Shown: positions 10,537 to 20,025, counted from the stretch's first letter. The stretch is DNA of 64,000 nucleotides from Gaiellaceae bacterium (GCA_036518135.1 DATDNT010000080.1:9074-73073), one strand, 5' to 3'. Made by a program: numbers and translations. Notes: generated by a model from the letters alone, not told the origin.

Positions 10537-10550
10537 GTAGTTTCGAGGCG

Positions 10551-11882
10551 ATGGCCTCGGACGTCGTCACCGTCGAGAAAGTCGCATCGCTGTGCCGCCG
10601 CCGCGGCTTCGTGTACCCGTCGTCGGACATCTACGGCGGCCTCGGCTCCGCGTACGACTACGGCCACTACGGCGTCCTCCTGCGCCAGAACATCAAGAAC
10701 GAGTGGTGGCGGTCGATGATCCAGGAGCGCGAGGACGTCGTCGCACTCGACTCCGCGATCATCCTCAACCCGCAGGTCTGGGTCGCGTCGGGCCACGTCG
10801 GCGGCTTCTCGGACCCGATGGTCGACTGCCGCACGTGCAAGCTCCGCTTCCGCGCCGACGACCTCGAGCACGCGCAATGCGGCAAGCGGCCGTCGAAGCA
10901 CCCGGGCGAGGACGCGCAGTGCGACCTGACGGAGGCGCGGCAGTTCAACCTGATGTTCGACACGCACGTCGGCGCAGTCCGCGACGACGCGTCCGTCGCG
11001 TATCTTCGCCCCGAGACGGCGCAGGGCATCTTCACGAACTTCAAGAACGTGACGTCGTCGCTTCGCGTGAAGCCGCCGTTCGGGATCGCACAGATCGGCA
11101 AGAGCTTCCGCAACGAGATCACGCCCGGCAACTTCATCTTCCGGCTGCGCGAGTTCGAGCAGATGGAGATGGAGTTCTTCGTGCCGCCGACCGACGCGGG
11201 CGAGTGGCACGCGTACTGGATCGAGGAGCGCCGGCAGTGGTACCTCCGGCTCGGGCTGACGGAGGAGCGGCTGCGCGTGCGCAAGCACGAGGGCGACGAG
11301 CTGTCGCACTACTCGAGCGCGACCTCCGACATCGAGTACCTCTACCCCATCGGCTGGATGGAGCTCGAGGGGATCGCACACCGCGGCGACTACGACCTCA
11401 TGCAACACTCGAACGCGTCCGGGACGAAGCTCGAATGGATCGGTCACGAGGAGCGCTACGTCCCGCACGTGATCGAGCCGGCCGGCGGTGTCGACCGGAC
11501 GATGCTCGCGTTCCTGTGCGACGGCTACGACGAGGAGACGGTGGCCGACCGACCGCGCACCGTGCTGCGACTCCATCCGCGCGTCGCACCGGTGAAGGCA
11601 GCCGTGCTGCCGCTGATCGGCCGCGACTCGGGCATGGTCGAGAAAGCGCGCGCCCTCTACACCGACCTGCGGAAGTCGATGGTCGCCGAGTACGACGACG
11701 CCGCCGCGATCGGCAAGCGCTACCGCCGCCAGGACGAGATCGGGACGCCGTGGGCGTTGACCGTCGACGAGCAGACGCTCGCAGACGACACGGTGACGCT
11801 CCGCGACCGCGACACGCTCGAGCAGGAGCGCATCCCGCTCGCAGGCGTCAAGCAGCTCCTGCTCGACCGCCTCGACGCTTGA
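10551..11882 (+). CDS. glyQS: glycine--tRNA ligase (dimeric GlyQS type)
   Basis: Starts MASDVVTVEKVASLCRRRGFVYPSSDIYGGLGSAYDYGHYG and contains FRNEITPGNFIFRLREFEQMEMEFF. Class II GlyRS motifs are present. Confidence 0.95.
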   Translation: MASDVVTVEKVASLCRRRGFVYPSSDIYGGLGSAYDYGHYGVLLRQNIKNEWWRSMIQEREDVVALDSAIILNPQVWVASGHVGGFSDPMVDCRTCKLRFRADDLEHAQCGKRPSKHPGEDAQCDLTEARQFNLMFDTHVGAVRDDASVAYLRPETAQGIFTNFKNVTSSLRVKPPFGIAQIGKSFRNEITPGNFIFRLREFEQMEMEFFVPPTDAGEWHAYWIEERRQWYLRLGLTEERLRVRKHEGDELSHYSSATSDIEYLYPIGWMELEGIAHRGDYDLMQHSNASGTKLEWIGHEERYVPHVIEPAGGVDRTMLAFLCDGYDEETVADRPRTVLRLHPRVAPVKAAVLPLIGRDSGMVEKARALYTDLRKSMVAEYDDAAAIGKRYRRQDEIGTPWALTVDEQTLADDTVTLRDRDTLEQERIPLAGVKQLLLDRLDA

Positions 11883-12760
11883 GCTGGGTCGAGCACGAGC
11901 TCGAAGGCCGCCCGCTCTTCGTGTGGGCGCCGCACGACCGCTCTCGCTCGTACCCGACCGTCTACGTCCTGCACGCGCACATGCGTTCGGCGCGCTGGTG
12001 GTTCAACGTCGAGCCGTTCGAGGTGTCGTACCCGGACCGCATCGAGCAGATGGCGCCCGACGCCGTCGTCGTCCTCGTCGACGGCTGGACGGAGCTCGGA
12101 GGCGGCCAGTGGATCGGGGCCCTCGGGACATATCTCCGCGACGAGGTCGTGCCGTTCGTCGACGCGTCGTACCCGTGCAACGGCGTTCGCGGCCTTCAGG
12201 GCAAGTCGTCCGGCGGCTACGGCGCCGTCGTGCACTGCCTCGAGCGGCCGGACCTCTTCCACGCGTTCGCTGCGCACGCGCCCGACGCACTGTTCGAGGT
12301 GACGATCGCACACGGCTTCCCCGCCGTCGCGCGTGCGCTGCGCGGCTCGTCGCTCGCTGCAGTCCTCGCGTCGCTCGACGGGCTCAGCTCGCACGAGGAC
12401 GCGCTCGTGGTCGAGGTCGCCGCCGCTGCGCGCGCCTTCGGCGACGGCACGCTCCCGTTCGACGCGCTCGGCCGGCCGGACGAGCGCTTCGAGGCGTGGC
12501 TCCAGCACGATCCGGTGCGGCTCGCGTCACGGCACGCGGACGCCGTACGTTCCCTCCGCGGCGCCTGGCTCGACGCCGGGAACCGCGACGAGTACTTCCT
12601 CGACGCCGGCGCGCTCGCGCTCCGCGACGCGTTGCTCGCGGCCGGGCTCCCCGACGAGCGCCTCCGGTTCGAGCTCTTCGACGGAGGCCACGGCGGGATG
12701 AGCGGGCGCTATCCGGCCTCGCTCGAGTGGCTCGTCGGCTGCCTCTCCATCACCTTGTAG
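11879..12760 (+). CDS. esterase-family alpha/beta hydrolase (enterochelin-esterase-like)
   Basis: TTG 11879 overlaps the glyQS TGA (TTGA). It contains YPTVYVLHAH and the nucleophile elbow GKSSGGYGA. Confidence 0.7.
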   Translation: MSWVEHELEGRPLFVWAPHDRSRSYPTVYVLHAHMRSARWWFNVEPFEVSYPDRIEQMAPDAVVVLVDGWTELGGGQWIGALGTYLRDEVVPFVDASYPCNGVRGLQGKSSGGYGAVVHCLERPDLFHAFAAHAPDALFEVTIAHGFPAVARALRGSSLAAVLASLDGLSSHEDALVVEVAAAARAFGDGTLPFDALGRPDERFEAWLQHDPVRLASRHADAVRSLRGAWLDAGNRDEYFLDAGALALRDALLAAGLPDERLRFELFDGGHGGMSGRYPASLEWLVGCLSITL

Positions 12761-13149
12761 TCGGGCTCCGAGAACCCGAGCTTCCGGTACAGGGGATGCA
12801 TGTTCGTCGTGTGGAGGATCCAGCGGATGTGCGCGAGCCCGCTCTGCTCGACCATCTCCCGCACGAGCGCCTCGCCGAGCCCGCGCCCGCGGTACTCCTC
12901 CAGAACGTAGACGTCGGCGAGGTACACGAACGAGACGCCGTCCGTCGCGGCGCGGCAGAAGCCGATCTGCCGGTCGCCGTCGTAGAGGCCCACGACTCGG
13001 ACGGCGTCGTCGATCAACCGGTCCTGCGTCTCGCGCGGGCGGCCCGCCGCCCAGTAGCTGACCTCGCTCAGCCACCTGTGCACCTCGGCGCGGTCGATGC
13101 GCTCCTTGTCGTCGTCGAGCTCGAGCGCGTCCGCGAGGGCGCGCTTCAT
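12709..13149 (-). CDS. GNAT-family N-acetyltransferase
   Basis: 146 aa with LADVYVLEEYRGRGLGEALVREM (the acetyl-CoA Q/RxxGxG/A motif). Its 3' end overlaps the esterase 3' end by 52 nt. Confidence 0.8.
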   Translation of the reverse strand: MKRALADALELDDDKERIDRAEVHRWLSEVSYWAAGRPRETQDRLIDDAVRVVGLYDGDRQIGFCRAATDGVSFVYLADVYVLEEYRGRGLGEALVREMVEQSGLAHIRWILHTTNMHPLYRKLGFSEPDYKVMERQPTSHSSEAG

Positions 13150-13472
13150 CCGACGAGCCGCTCGCGCGCGATCTTCCCGTCGCGGATCAGGTAGACGGCG
13201 ACGTGGCGCTCCTCCTCGGGGCCGCGGCCCGAGACCGTCTCCTCCTCGACCACGAAGTCGCCGACGGTCGTCCGCCACCCTGTCCTGATCTCGATGTCGG
13301 GGTACTGCTCGAACATCGGCTGGTAGCGCTCGCGGAGCTCGTCGTGACCGCGTGCGATCACGTGGTCGTGGCCGTCCTCGATCGTCGCGTCCTCCGTGTA
13401 GCAGGCGACGAACGCGTCGACGTCCTTGTCCGCGATCGCCGCGATCACCCTGTCGACGATCGTCTCCTTCAC
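13146..13472 (-). CDS. NTF2/SnoaL-like fold protein
   Basis: 108 aa starting VDRVIAAIADKDVDAFVACYTEDATIED and ending VAVYLIRDGKIARERL. GTGA overlap with recO and ATGA overlap with the GNAT gene. Confidence 0.7.
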   Translation of the reverse strand: MKETIVDRVIAAIADKDVDAFVACYTEDATIEDGHDHVIARGHDELRERYQPMFEQYPDIEIRTGWRTTVGDFVVEEETVSGRGPEEERHVAVYLIRDGKIARERLVG

Positions 13473-14209
13473 GCGGAGAGCGTCCTCAGCCGGAACCCGC
13501 CGTGCTCCTCGTAGGAGCTCGTGATCACTGCGAGCGCGTCACGACGCGCGCGCTCGCTGAGCGCCGGTTCGTGCGCGTCGGCGAGCGGTGTCGAGAGGAG
13601 CCGCTCCACGCCCGCGATCCCGTCCGGCGACAGGCGCAGGGCCCGGCCGCCGTGCGCAGCGCAGACCGCGCCGCCGGCGCGCGCGTCGAAGCCGACGAGG
13701 CCGCCCTGCTCACCGCACTCGACGCAGCTCGTCAGGTGCGGGAGGTAGCCGGCGACCCACAGGAGCTTCAGCTGGAAGGCGAGGACGAGCGGGTCGAGCG
13801 CCGGCCGCGCCGTACCGCTCGGCGCCTCGTCGAGCGCGTCGAGGAACCGCGCGAGCGCCGTGAACGCGCGCTCGTTCGCCTCCGGCTCGCCGAAGAGGCG
13901 AAGCATCGCCTCGGCGCCGATCAGCCCGACGTCGAGCCGGTACGGCTCTTCGCGGCTCGCTCGGTGCGAGCGGAGCAGCTCGACGCCCGTGATCGTGAGG
14001 AGCTCGCCCGAGCCCTGGTGCACCATCAGCTCGACGTGAGAGAGCGGCTCGAGCCGCGCGCCGAACCGCGACTTCGTCTTGCGGACGCCCTTCGCGATTG
14101 CGCCGACGCGGCCCCGCTCCTCCGTGTACAGGTGGAGGATCCGGTCGGCCTCCCCGAACCGCATCGAGCGGAGCACGATCGCCTGCGTCTTCGTCGTCCG
14201 CCCGGCCAT
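13469..14209 (-). CDS. recO: DNA repair protein RecO
   Basis: 246 aa starting TQAIVLRSMRFGEADRILHLYTEERGRVGAIAKGVRK, with the zinc motif CVECG...VCAAH. Confidence 0.9.
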   Translation of the reverse strand: MAGRTTKTQAIVLRSMRFGEADRILHLYTEERGRVGAIAKGVRKTKSRFGARLEPLSHVELMVHQGSGELLTITGVELLRSHRASREEPYRLDVGLIGAEAMLRLFGEPEANERAFTALARFLDALDEAPSGTARPALDPLVLAFQLKLLWVAGYLPHLTSCVECGEQGGLVGFDARAGGAVCAAHGGRALRLSPDGIAGVERLLSTPLADAHEPALSERARRDALAVITSSYEEHGGFRLRTLSA

Positions 14210-14266
14210 TTGGGCCAGTCTACGGACGCCGGAGGGGGAATCCTGATCGCCTCTTCTCCGTTGTAA

Positions 14267-14533
14267 ATGGGGATGACCAAGATCCAGATGTACACGACCC
14301 GCTGGTGCGGGTACTGCGTCCGCGCGAAGGCACTGCTCGACGGGCGGGGCCTCGACTACGAGGAGATCGACCTGGGCGACGACCCTGCGTTCCGCGCGCG
14401 CCTGAACGAGCTGACGGGCGGCTGGACGGTGCCCCAGATCCTGATCGGCGGCCGTCCGATCGGCGGCTACACCGAGCTCTGGCGCCTCGATCGCGAGGGG
14501 CGCCTCGACGAGCTGCTGGACGCCGCCGCGTAG
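14267..14533 (+). CDS. glutaredoxin
   Basis: IQMYTTRWCGYCVRAKALL...VPQILIGGRPIGGYTEL. The CGYC active site and the TVPQI..GG motif are present. Confidence 0.85.
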   Translation: MGMTKIQMYTTRWCGYCVRAKALLDGRGLDYEEIDLGDDPAFRARLNELTGGWTVPQILIGGRPIGGYTELWRLDREGRLDELLDAAA

Positions 14534-15354
14534 AGCGGCTGGCAGCGCGGGCAGTACCACGTCCCGCGCCCGGCGACGCGGATCTTGTCGATCGGCGTCC
14601 CGCACCGGTCGCACGGGTCGCCGCCGCGACCGTACACCTTGAACTCGTGCTGCGCACCGCCTTCGCCGCCGTCGGGGAGGCGGTAGTCGCGGAGCGTCGA
14701 GCCCTGGCGGCGGATCCCGGCGCGGAGCGCGTCGCGGACGCCCCTGTGGAGCGCCCTCACCTCGTCGGGGTCGAGCGTCTGAGCCGGTGTGAGCGGGTGG
14801 ATCCGCGCCCGCCACAGCGCCTCGTCGGCGTAGATGTTCCCGACGCCGGCGACGGTGCGCTGGTCGAGGAGCGCCGCCTTGATCGGCGCCTTGCGCGCGA
14901 CGAGCTTCTCCGCCAGGTGCGTCGCCTTGTACGCCGCCTCGAGCGGCTCGCGGCCGACGCGGGCGTCGACGTACGCCTGCACCTCCTCCGGCTCGAGGAG
15001 CAGCCACGTCCCGAACCTCCGCACGTCGCGATAGGCGACGTCCGACGCGTCGTCTAGCGTGACAACAGCACGCCGGTGCGGGTCGTCCGGGAGCCCGTCC
15101 GTCGCGTGCAGAAACGATCCCGTCATCCGGAGGTGCACCAGCAGCGCACGCCCAGACTCGAACCGGACAATCAGATACTTGCCGCGGCGATCGACCGTCG
15201 CGACCCGCTCGCCCTCGAGCTCCCGCGCGACCTCGACGGGATCGAGCGGCCGCGTCAGGCGCGCATCGGCGATCTCCACGCGCTCGAACACCCGCCCTTC
15301 GAGCGCAGGCGCGAGACGCCGGCGCACGGTCTCCACCTCCGGCAGCTCGGGCAC
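14467..15354 (-). CDS. mutM: formamidopyrimidine-DNA glycosylase
   Basis: GTG start then PELPEVETVRR. It has H2TH and the zinc finger CDRCG..YCPRCQ. A 24-aa Ser/Arg tail runs antisense over the glutaredoxin 3' end. Confidence 0.9.
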   Translation of the reverse strand: MPELPEVETVRRRLAPALEGRVFERVEIADARLTRPLDPVEVARELEGERVATVDRRGKYLIVRFESGRALLVHLRMTGSFLHATDGLPDDPHRRAVVTLDDASDVAYRDVRRFGTWLLLEPEEVQAYVDARVGREPLEAAYKATHLAEKLVARKAPIKAALLDQRTVAGVGNIYADEALWRARIHPLTPAQTLDPDEVRALHRGVRDALRAGIRRQGSTLRDYRLPDGGEGGAQHEFKVYGRGGDPCDRCGTPIDKIRVAGRGTWYCPRCQPLYAAASSSSSRRPSRSRRQSSV

Positions 15355-15377
15355 CGCTGCACCGTAGCGGCGCGGCG

Positions 15378-16676
15378 CTAGCCGACGACCTCGAGCAGAA
15401 CGCGCCGCTCGGGCGGCGCCTCGTCGCCGATGTCGTAGGCGGCCGCGACCTCGCGAACCGCCGCCTCGGCCGTCGCGTCGTCGCGCGCGTGGATCACGGC
15501 GAGCCGCTCGCCGGCCGAGACCTCCGCCCCGCGCTTCACGTTGCAGACGATGCCGACCGCGTGGTCGACGTCGTCCTCCTTCGTGCGCCGCCCGGCCCCG
15601 AGGTGGACGGCCGCATTGCCGACACGGATGGCGTCGAGCTGCCGTACCGCGCCCGCGCGCGGCGCGGTCACGTCGCGTACGACGGGAGCCGTCGGCAGCG
15701 CCGCGTCGTCGGCCGTGCCGCCCTGCGCCTCGATCCACGCCACCCACTTCGCGTCCGCGCTGCCGTCGGCGACCGCAGCCTCGGCGCGGCGGCGGCCCTC
15801 GGCCTCGTCGATCCCGAGGTCGGAGAACGCGAGCAGCCGGGCGCAGGCGTCGAGCACGAGCTCGGTGAAGTCGGCCGGCCCGCGCCCGCGGACCGTGTCG
15901 CGCGCCTCCAGCACTTCGAGGCTGTTCCCGACGGCGGCGCCGAGCGGCTGGTCCATGTCGGTGAGGAGGCAGACGACCTCGCGACCCGCCTGGCTGCCGA
16001 GCGAGATCATCGCCTCGGCGAGCTGCCGCGCGTCGTCGATCGTCTTCATGAAGGCGCCGCTCCCGACCTTCACGTCGAGGACGATCGCCTGCGCGCCCGC
16101 GGCGAGCTTCTTCGACATGATCGACGCGGCGATCAGCGAGAGCTGGTCGACCGTCGCCGTCACGTCGCGCAGCCCGTAGAGGAGCTTGTCCGCGGGGACG
16201 AGATCGCCGGTCTGGCCGACGATCGCCGCGCCGACGTCGCGCACCTGCGCGATGAACTCGTCCAGCGTCAGCTCGGTGCGGTACCCCGGGATCGACTCGA
16301 GCTTGTCGAGCGTCCCGCCCGTGTGGCCGAGCCCGCGCCCGCTCATCTTCCCGAGCGGGACGCCGCACGCGGCGACGATCGGCGCGACGGCGAGGGAGGT
16401 CTTGTCGCCGACGCCGCCCGTCGAGTGCTTGTCGACGACCTTGCGGCCGAGCGCGTCGCTCATGTCGATCGTCTCGCCACTGCGGATCATCGCGTCCGTC
16501 AACACGTAGGTCTCGCGCGGCGACAGCCCGCGGAAGTACACGGCCATCGCGAACGCCGCCATCTGGTAGTCCGGGACCTCGCCGCGCGCGTACCCGAGGA
16601 TCAGCTCGGCGAGCTCGTCGTCCGGCAGCTCCTCGCCGTCGCGCTTGCGCTGGATGAGCTCGGCCGGCCGGATCAC
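15378..16676 (-). CDS. deoA: thymidine / pyrimidine-nucleoside phosphorylase
   Basis: 432 aa starting IRPAELIQRKRDGEEL, with VDKHSTGGVGDKTSL and SGRGLGHTGGTLDKLE. Confidence 0.9.
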   Translation of the reverse strand: MIRPAELIQRKRDGEELPDDELAELILGYARGEVPDYQMAAFAMAVYFRGLSPRETYVLTDAMIRSGETIDMSDALGRKVVDKHSTGGVGDKTSLAVAPIVAACGVPLGKMSGRGLGHTGGTLDKLESIPGYRTELTLDEFIAQVRDVGAAIVGQTGDLVPADKLLYGLRDVTATVDQLSLIAASIMSKKLAAGAQAIVLDVKVGSGAFMKTIDDARQLAEAMISLGSQAGREVVCLLTDMDQPLGAAVGNSLEVLEARDTVRGRGPADFTELVLDACARLLAFSDLGIDEAEGRRRAEAAVADGSADAKWVAWIEAQGGTADDAALPTAPVVRDVTAPRAGAVRQLDAIRVGNAAVHLGAGRRTKEDDVDHAVGIVCNVKRGAEVSAGERLAVIHARDDATAEAAVREVAAAYDIGDEAPPERRVLLEVVG

Positions 16677-17383
16677 CGCGCCGCCACGAACATCACTCCG
16701 CCCGTCCGGACGACGAACGGCAACGGGACGTCTTCGGGAACCGGTCGCGTCTCGACCATGAGCGAGTCGCGGTAGTCGACGAGCCGCTGACGGTCGCGGA
16801 CGGTCGCCGTGCCCTCGACGTCCGTCCGCTCGACCGTGCGGAAGTGCCGGAGGAGGATCTCCTCCGCGTTCCCGGCGTTGAAGGTCAGGGTGCGGTCGTC
16901 CCAGGGGTACCCGACCAGGTCGCGCAGCTCGGCAAGATGGTGGAGAGCGCTCGTGTTGCAGACGAGGTGGCCGCCGGGAGCGAGCACGCGGGCGATCTCG
17001 GCGAGGCCCCGGTCGAGGTCTGCCACGTGGTACAGCATCCAGGCGGCGACGACAAGATCGAATGTCCCGTCGTCGAACGGAAGCTCCTGCACGTCGCCGA
17101 CCTCGGCGCGGATGCCGCGGGCGCGGGCGAGCTCGACCATGCGCTCCGACTGGTCGACCATCGTCACGTCCGCTTGGAGCTCGTCCTGCATGCGCTGCGA
17201 CAGCCATCCCTCGCCGCCGCCGACCTCGAGCACGCGCTGGGGCGCAAGCGAGGCGATCGCCTCCCACAGGACGTCCGCCGGATGCGGGCCCGTCGTTTCC
17301 TCGTAGAGCGCCTGGCGCGCCCGCAGGTTCCGCTCCGTCGCGTACTGCTCCCGCACGCTCGCCGTGTCGTTCAGCGGCCTCAC
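16673..17383 (-). CDS. class I SAM-dependent methyltransferase, paralog 1
   Basis: 236 aa. Motif I is RVLEVGGGEGW. Also present: DVQELPFDDGTFD, AAWMLYHV, RVLAPGGHLV. GTGA overlaps at both ends. Confidence 0.8.
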   Translation of the reverse strand: MRPLNDTASVREQYATERNLRARQALYEETTGPHPADVLWEAIASLAPQRVLEVGGGEGWLSQRMQDELQADVTMVDQSERMVELARARGIRAEVGDVQELPFDDGTFDLVVAAWMLYHVADLDRGLAEIARVLAPGGHLVCNTSALHHLAELRDLVGYPWDDRTLTFNAGNAEEILLRHFRTVERTDVEGTATVRDRQRLVDYRDSLMVETRPVPEDVPLPFVVRTGGVMFVAAR

Positions 17384-18102
17384 GCGGCCCTCTTCGCCGC
17401 GAAGACGGAAACTCCGCGCCGCGCCCGGAACGGCTCGTCGACGGCCGCCGGCAGGTTGCCGACGAAGGGCGACATCGAGATCGAGGCGCGGACGTAGTCC
17501 TCGACGTCGCGGCGCGACGCGAACGCGATCTCGTCGTCGACGTCGATCCGCCGCACCTCGGCGAACGCGACGGCCAGGACCTCCGCCCCGTTCTCGCGCG
17601 TGAAGGTCGAGGGCGACGGGCCGCTGTCGACGAGCTCGCGCAGCTCCCGGAGGTGGAACGCCGAGTTCGTGATCGCGACCAGCAGCCCGCCGGGTTGCAG
17701 CACCCGGGCGAGCTCGCCGAGCGCGCGCGGGATGTCGGGCACGTGGTAGAGCATCCACGCCGCGACGGCGGCGTCGAACTCGCCGTCGCGAAACGGAAGC
17801 GCCTGTACGTCGGCGACACGCGCGTCGACGCCGCGCTCGCGCGCGAGCTCGACCATGCGCGGGGACAGGTCGATCGCAACGACTTCTGCATGCACCTCGT
17901 CACGGATGCGCACCGCGAGCTCGCCCCAGCCGCACCCGACCTCGAGCACGCGGCGCGGCGCCGCCGCCGCGAGCGCTCGCAGCGCGGGCTCACGCGCGTC
18001 GGCTCCCGTCCCCGCGCCGGTGAACGCCGCGGCGCGCCGGCGCAGACGCGCGTCGTCCGCGTACTCGCGCGCGACGAGCTCAGGGTCGTCGAGGCGCGTC
18101 AC
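17380..18102 (-). CDS. class I SAM-dependent methyltransferase, paralog 2
   Basis: 240 aa with RVLEVGCGWGE, DVQALPFRDGEFD, AAWMLYHV, RVLQPGGLLV. GTGA overlaps at both ends. Confidence 0.8.
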   Translation of the reverse strand: MTRLDDPELVAREYADDARLRRRAAAFTGAGTGADAREPALRALAAAAPRRVLEVGCGWGELAVRIRDEVHAEVVAIDLSPRMVELARERGVDARVADVQALPFRDGEFDAAVAAWMLYHVPDIPRALGELARVLQPGGLLVAITNSAFHLRELRELVDSGPSPSTFTRENGAEVLAVAFAEVRRIDVDDEIAFASRRDVEDYVRASISMSPFVGNLPAAVDEPFRARRGVSVFAAKRAA

Positions 18103-18833
18103 CGCTTCTCGGCCACGAAGACCGTGTGGCAGGTGCGCACGCGCACGGGCTCGGTGAAGTCGGGGACGTGCGCCGCCATGTAGGCACGCGTCATGTTCGC
18201 CGCCACGAACTTCCGCATGTCCTCCGGCGTGCGGAAGACGACGACGCCGTTCGCCTCGCGCGCCTCCACGTGGGCGAAGTACGGCCCGAGACGTTCCGCG
18301 CCGTTCGCGCTCGAGAAGCTGAGCTTGCGCTCGCGCGGCTTTCCGAGGAAATCCCAGAGGTCGCTCATGTTCTCGTCGCTCAGCGTCCCGGCGACGAGCC
18401 GCCCGCCCGGCCGGAGCACGCGTGCGCACTCGGCGATCGCGCGGTCGAGCCCGTGGACGTGGTAGAGCACCCAGCCGGCGACGACGCAGTCGAACTCGCC
18501 GTCGCCGAACGGCAGCTCCTGCACGTCGGCGATCTGGGCGCGAACGCCCTGCTGCTTCGTCAGCTCGACCATCCGCTGCGACGTGTCGATCGCGACGACG
18601 TCGCACCCGAGCTCGCGCTGCATCCGCACGGCGTTCGCCCCGGCGCCGACGCCGACCTCGAGCACGCGCTGCGGCGCGAACTCGCGCACCGCGTCGAACA
18701 GCACCTCCTCGGCATTCTCGCCCTCGATCAGGCGACGGTAGATCGCGTTGCGCTGCTCGAGCCGCTCCTCGCTCGCGAACTCCCAGCGGACGAGGAGCTC
18801 GGTGTCGAGCGGGAACTCGCCCGGGTCGGACAT
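18099..18833 (-). CDS. class I SAM-dependent methyltransferase, paralog 3
   Basis: 244 aa with RVLEVGVGAGA, DVQELPFGDGEFD, AGWVLYHV, RVLRPGGRLV. The ATG shares 1 nt with the deoB stop (TGATG). Confidence 0.8.
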   Translation of the reverse strand: MSDPGEFPLDTELLVRWEFASEERLEQRNAIYRRLIEGENAEEVLFDAVREFAPQRVLEVGVGAGANAVRMQRELGCDVVAIDTSQRMVELTKQQGVRAQIADVQELPFGDGEFDCVVAGWVLYHVHGLDRAIAECARVLRPGGRLVAGTLSDENMSDLWDFLGKPRERKLSFSSANGAERLGPYFAHVEAREANGVVVFRTPEDMRKFVAANMTRAYMAAHVPDFTEPVRVRTCHTVFVAEKR

Positions 18834-20005
18834 CAGGGCGCGACGAACGCGGTTCCGGGCACGCCGCGCGGCGCCGACTTGCCGCCGAGCCAGGCGTTGA
18901 CCGTCGCGCCCACGTCGGCGAACTCGCCGTCCTCGAGCACGCGGCCCGCGGCGTTCCGGCCCTCGACGTAGGCGAGGAGCAGCGCGTGCTCCCGGCTGTG
19001 ATCCGTCGACGGGGTCGTCGGGTCGCAGCCGTGGTCCGAGGTGAGGATGAAGAGGTCGTTGGGGCGGAGCGCGTCGAGCAGGTCGGGCAGCCGCCGATCG
19101 AAGTCCTGCAGGCACCGGTGGAAGTTCACAGGGTCGTTGCGATGCCCCCACAACGAGTCCGTCTCGACGAGATTCGTGAAGACGAGGCCGTCGTCGACCG
19201 ACCGCAGCAGTTCCTCCGTCCGCTGGATCCCGTCGACGTTCGACTTCGTCGGGAATTCCTCGTCCACGTCCTGGTGCGCGAAGATGTCGCCGATCTTCCC
19301 GACGCCGTAGACCTTGTGGCCCGCGTCGCGGACGAGCGACAGGTAGTTCGGCCGCTTCGGCTCGAGCGAGAAGTCGTGCCGGCTCGCGCCGTCGCGCTCG
19401 TACGCGCCCGGCGCGCCGACGAACGGCCGCGCGATCACGCGGCCGACGGCGTGCTTTCCGGTGAGGAGTTCGCGGGCGATGCGGCACGCGTCGTACAGCT
19501 CCTCGAGCGGCACCGTCTCCTCGTGCGCCGCGATCTGGAAGACCGAGTCCGCGCTCGTGTAGACGATCCACTTCCCCGTGCGCTGGTGCTCTTCGCCGAG
19601 CTCCTCGATGATCTCCGTCCCGCTCGCCGGCCGGTTGCCGAGGACGCCGCGCCCGGTGCGGTTCATGAACGGGTCGAGCAGCTCGTCCGGGAACCCGAGC
19701 GGGTACGTCGGCATCGCCTGCGGCGTCACGACGCCCATCAGCTCCCAGTGCCCGGTCGTCGTGTCCTTGCCCTTCGAGCGCTCGACCAGGCGGCCGGCGA
19801 TCGCCGGCGCGCCCGGCTGTGGGGCGCAGCCCTCCAGCGGCTCGATGTTCCCGAGGCCGAGCGCCTCGAGCGTCGGCAGGTCGAGGCCGCCGACGGCGCG
19901 CGCGACGTTCGCGAGCGTGTTCGACCCCTCGTCGCCGAACTCGGCGGCGTCGGGCAGCTCGCCTGCACCGACTGCGTCCAGGACGATCACACAGGCGCGA
20001 CTCAT
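18833..20005 (-). CDS. deoB: phosphopentomutase
   Basis: 390 aa starting CVIVLDAVGAGELPDA..GSNTL, with LTSDHGCDPT. This is the typical DeoB metalloenzyme pattern. Confidence 0.92.
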   Translation of the reverse strand: MSRACVIVLDAVGAGELPDAAEFGDEGSNTLANVARAVGGLDLPTLEALGLGNIEPLEGCAPQPGAPAIAGRLVERSKGKDTTTGHWELMGVVTPQAMPTYPLGFPDELLDPFMNRTGRGVLGNRPASGTEIIEELGEEHQRTGKWIVYTSADSVFQIAAHEETVPLEELYDACRIARELLTGKHAVGRVIARPFVGAPGAYERDGASRHDFSLEPKRPNYLSLVRDAGHKVYGVGKIGDIFAHQDVDEEFPTKSNVDGIQRTEELLRSVDDGLVFTNLVETDSLWGHRNDPVNFHRCLQDFDRRLPDLLDALRPNDLFILTSDHGCDPTTPSTDHSREHALLLAYVEGRNAAGRVLEDGEFADVGATVNAWLGGKSAPRGVPGTAFVAP

Positions 20006-20025
20006 CTCCGGGCTATCCTAGAGCC

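Noticed and set aside
10537-10550. T-box or leader-type regulation upstream of the aminoacyl-tRNA synthetase genes glyQS, alaS and aspS.
   Set aside because: The upstream gaps are too short for a T-box leader: 14 nt for glyQS, overlap coupling for aspS, and 72 nt shared divergently for alaS.
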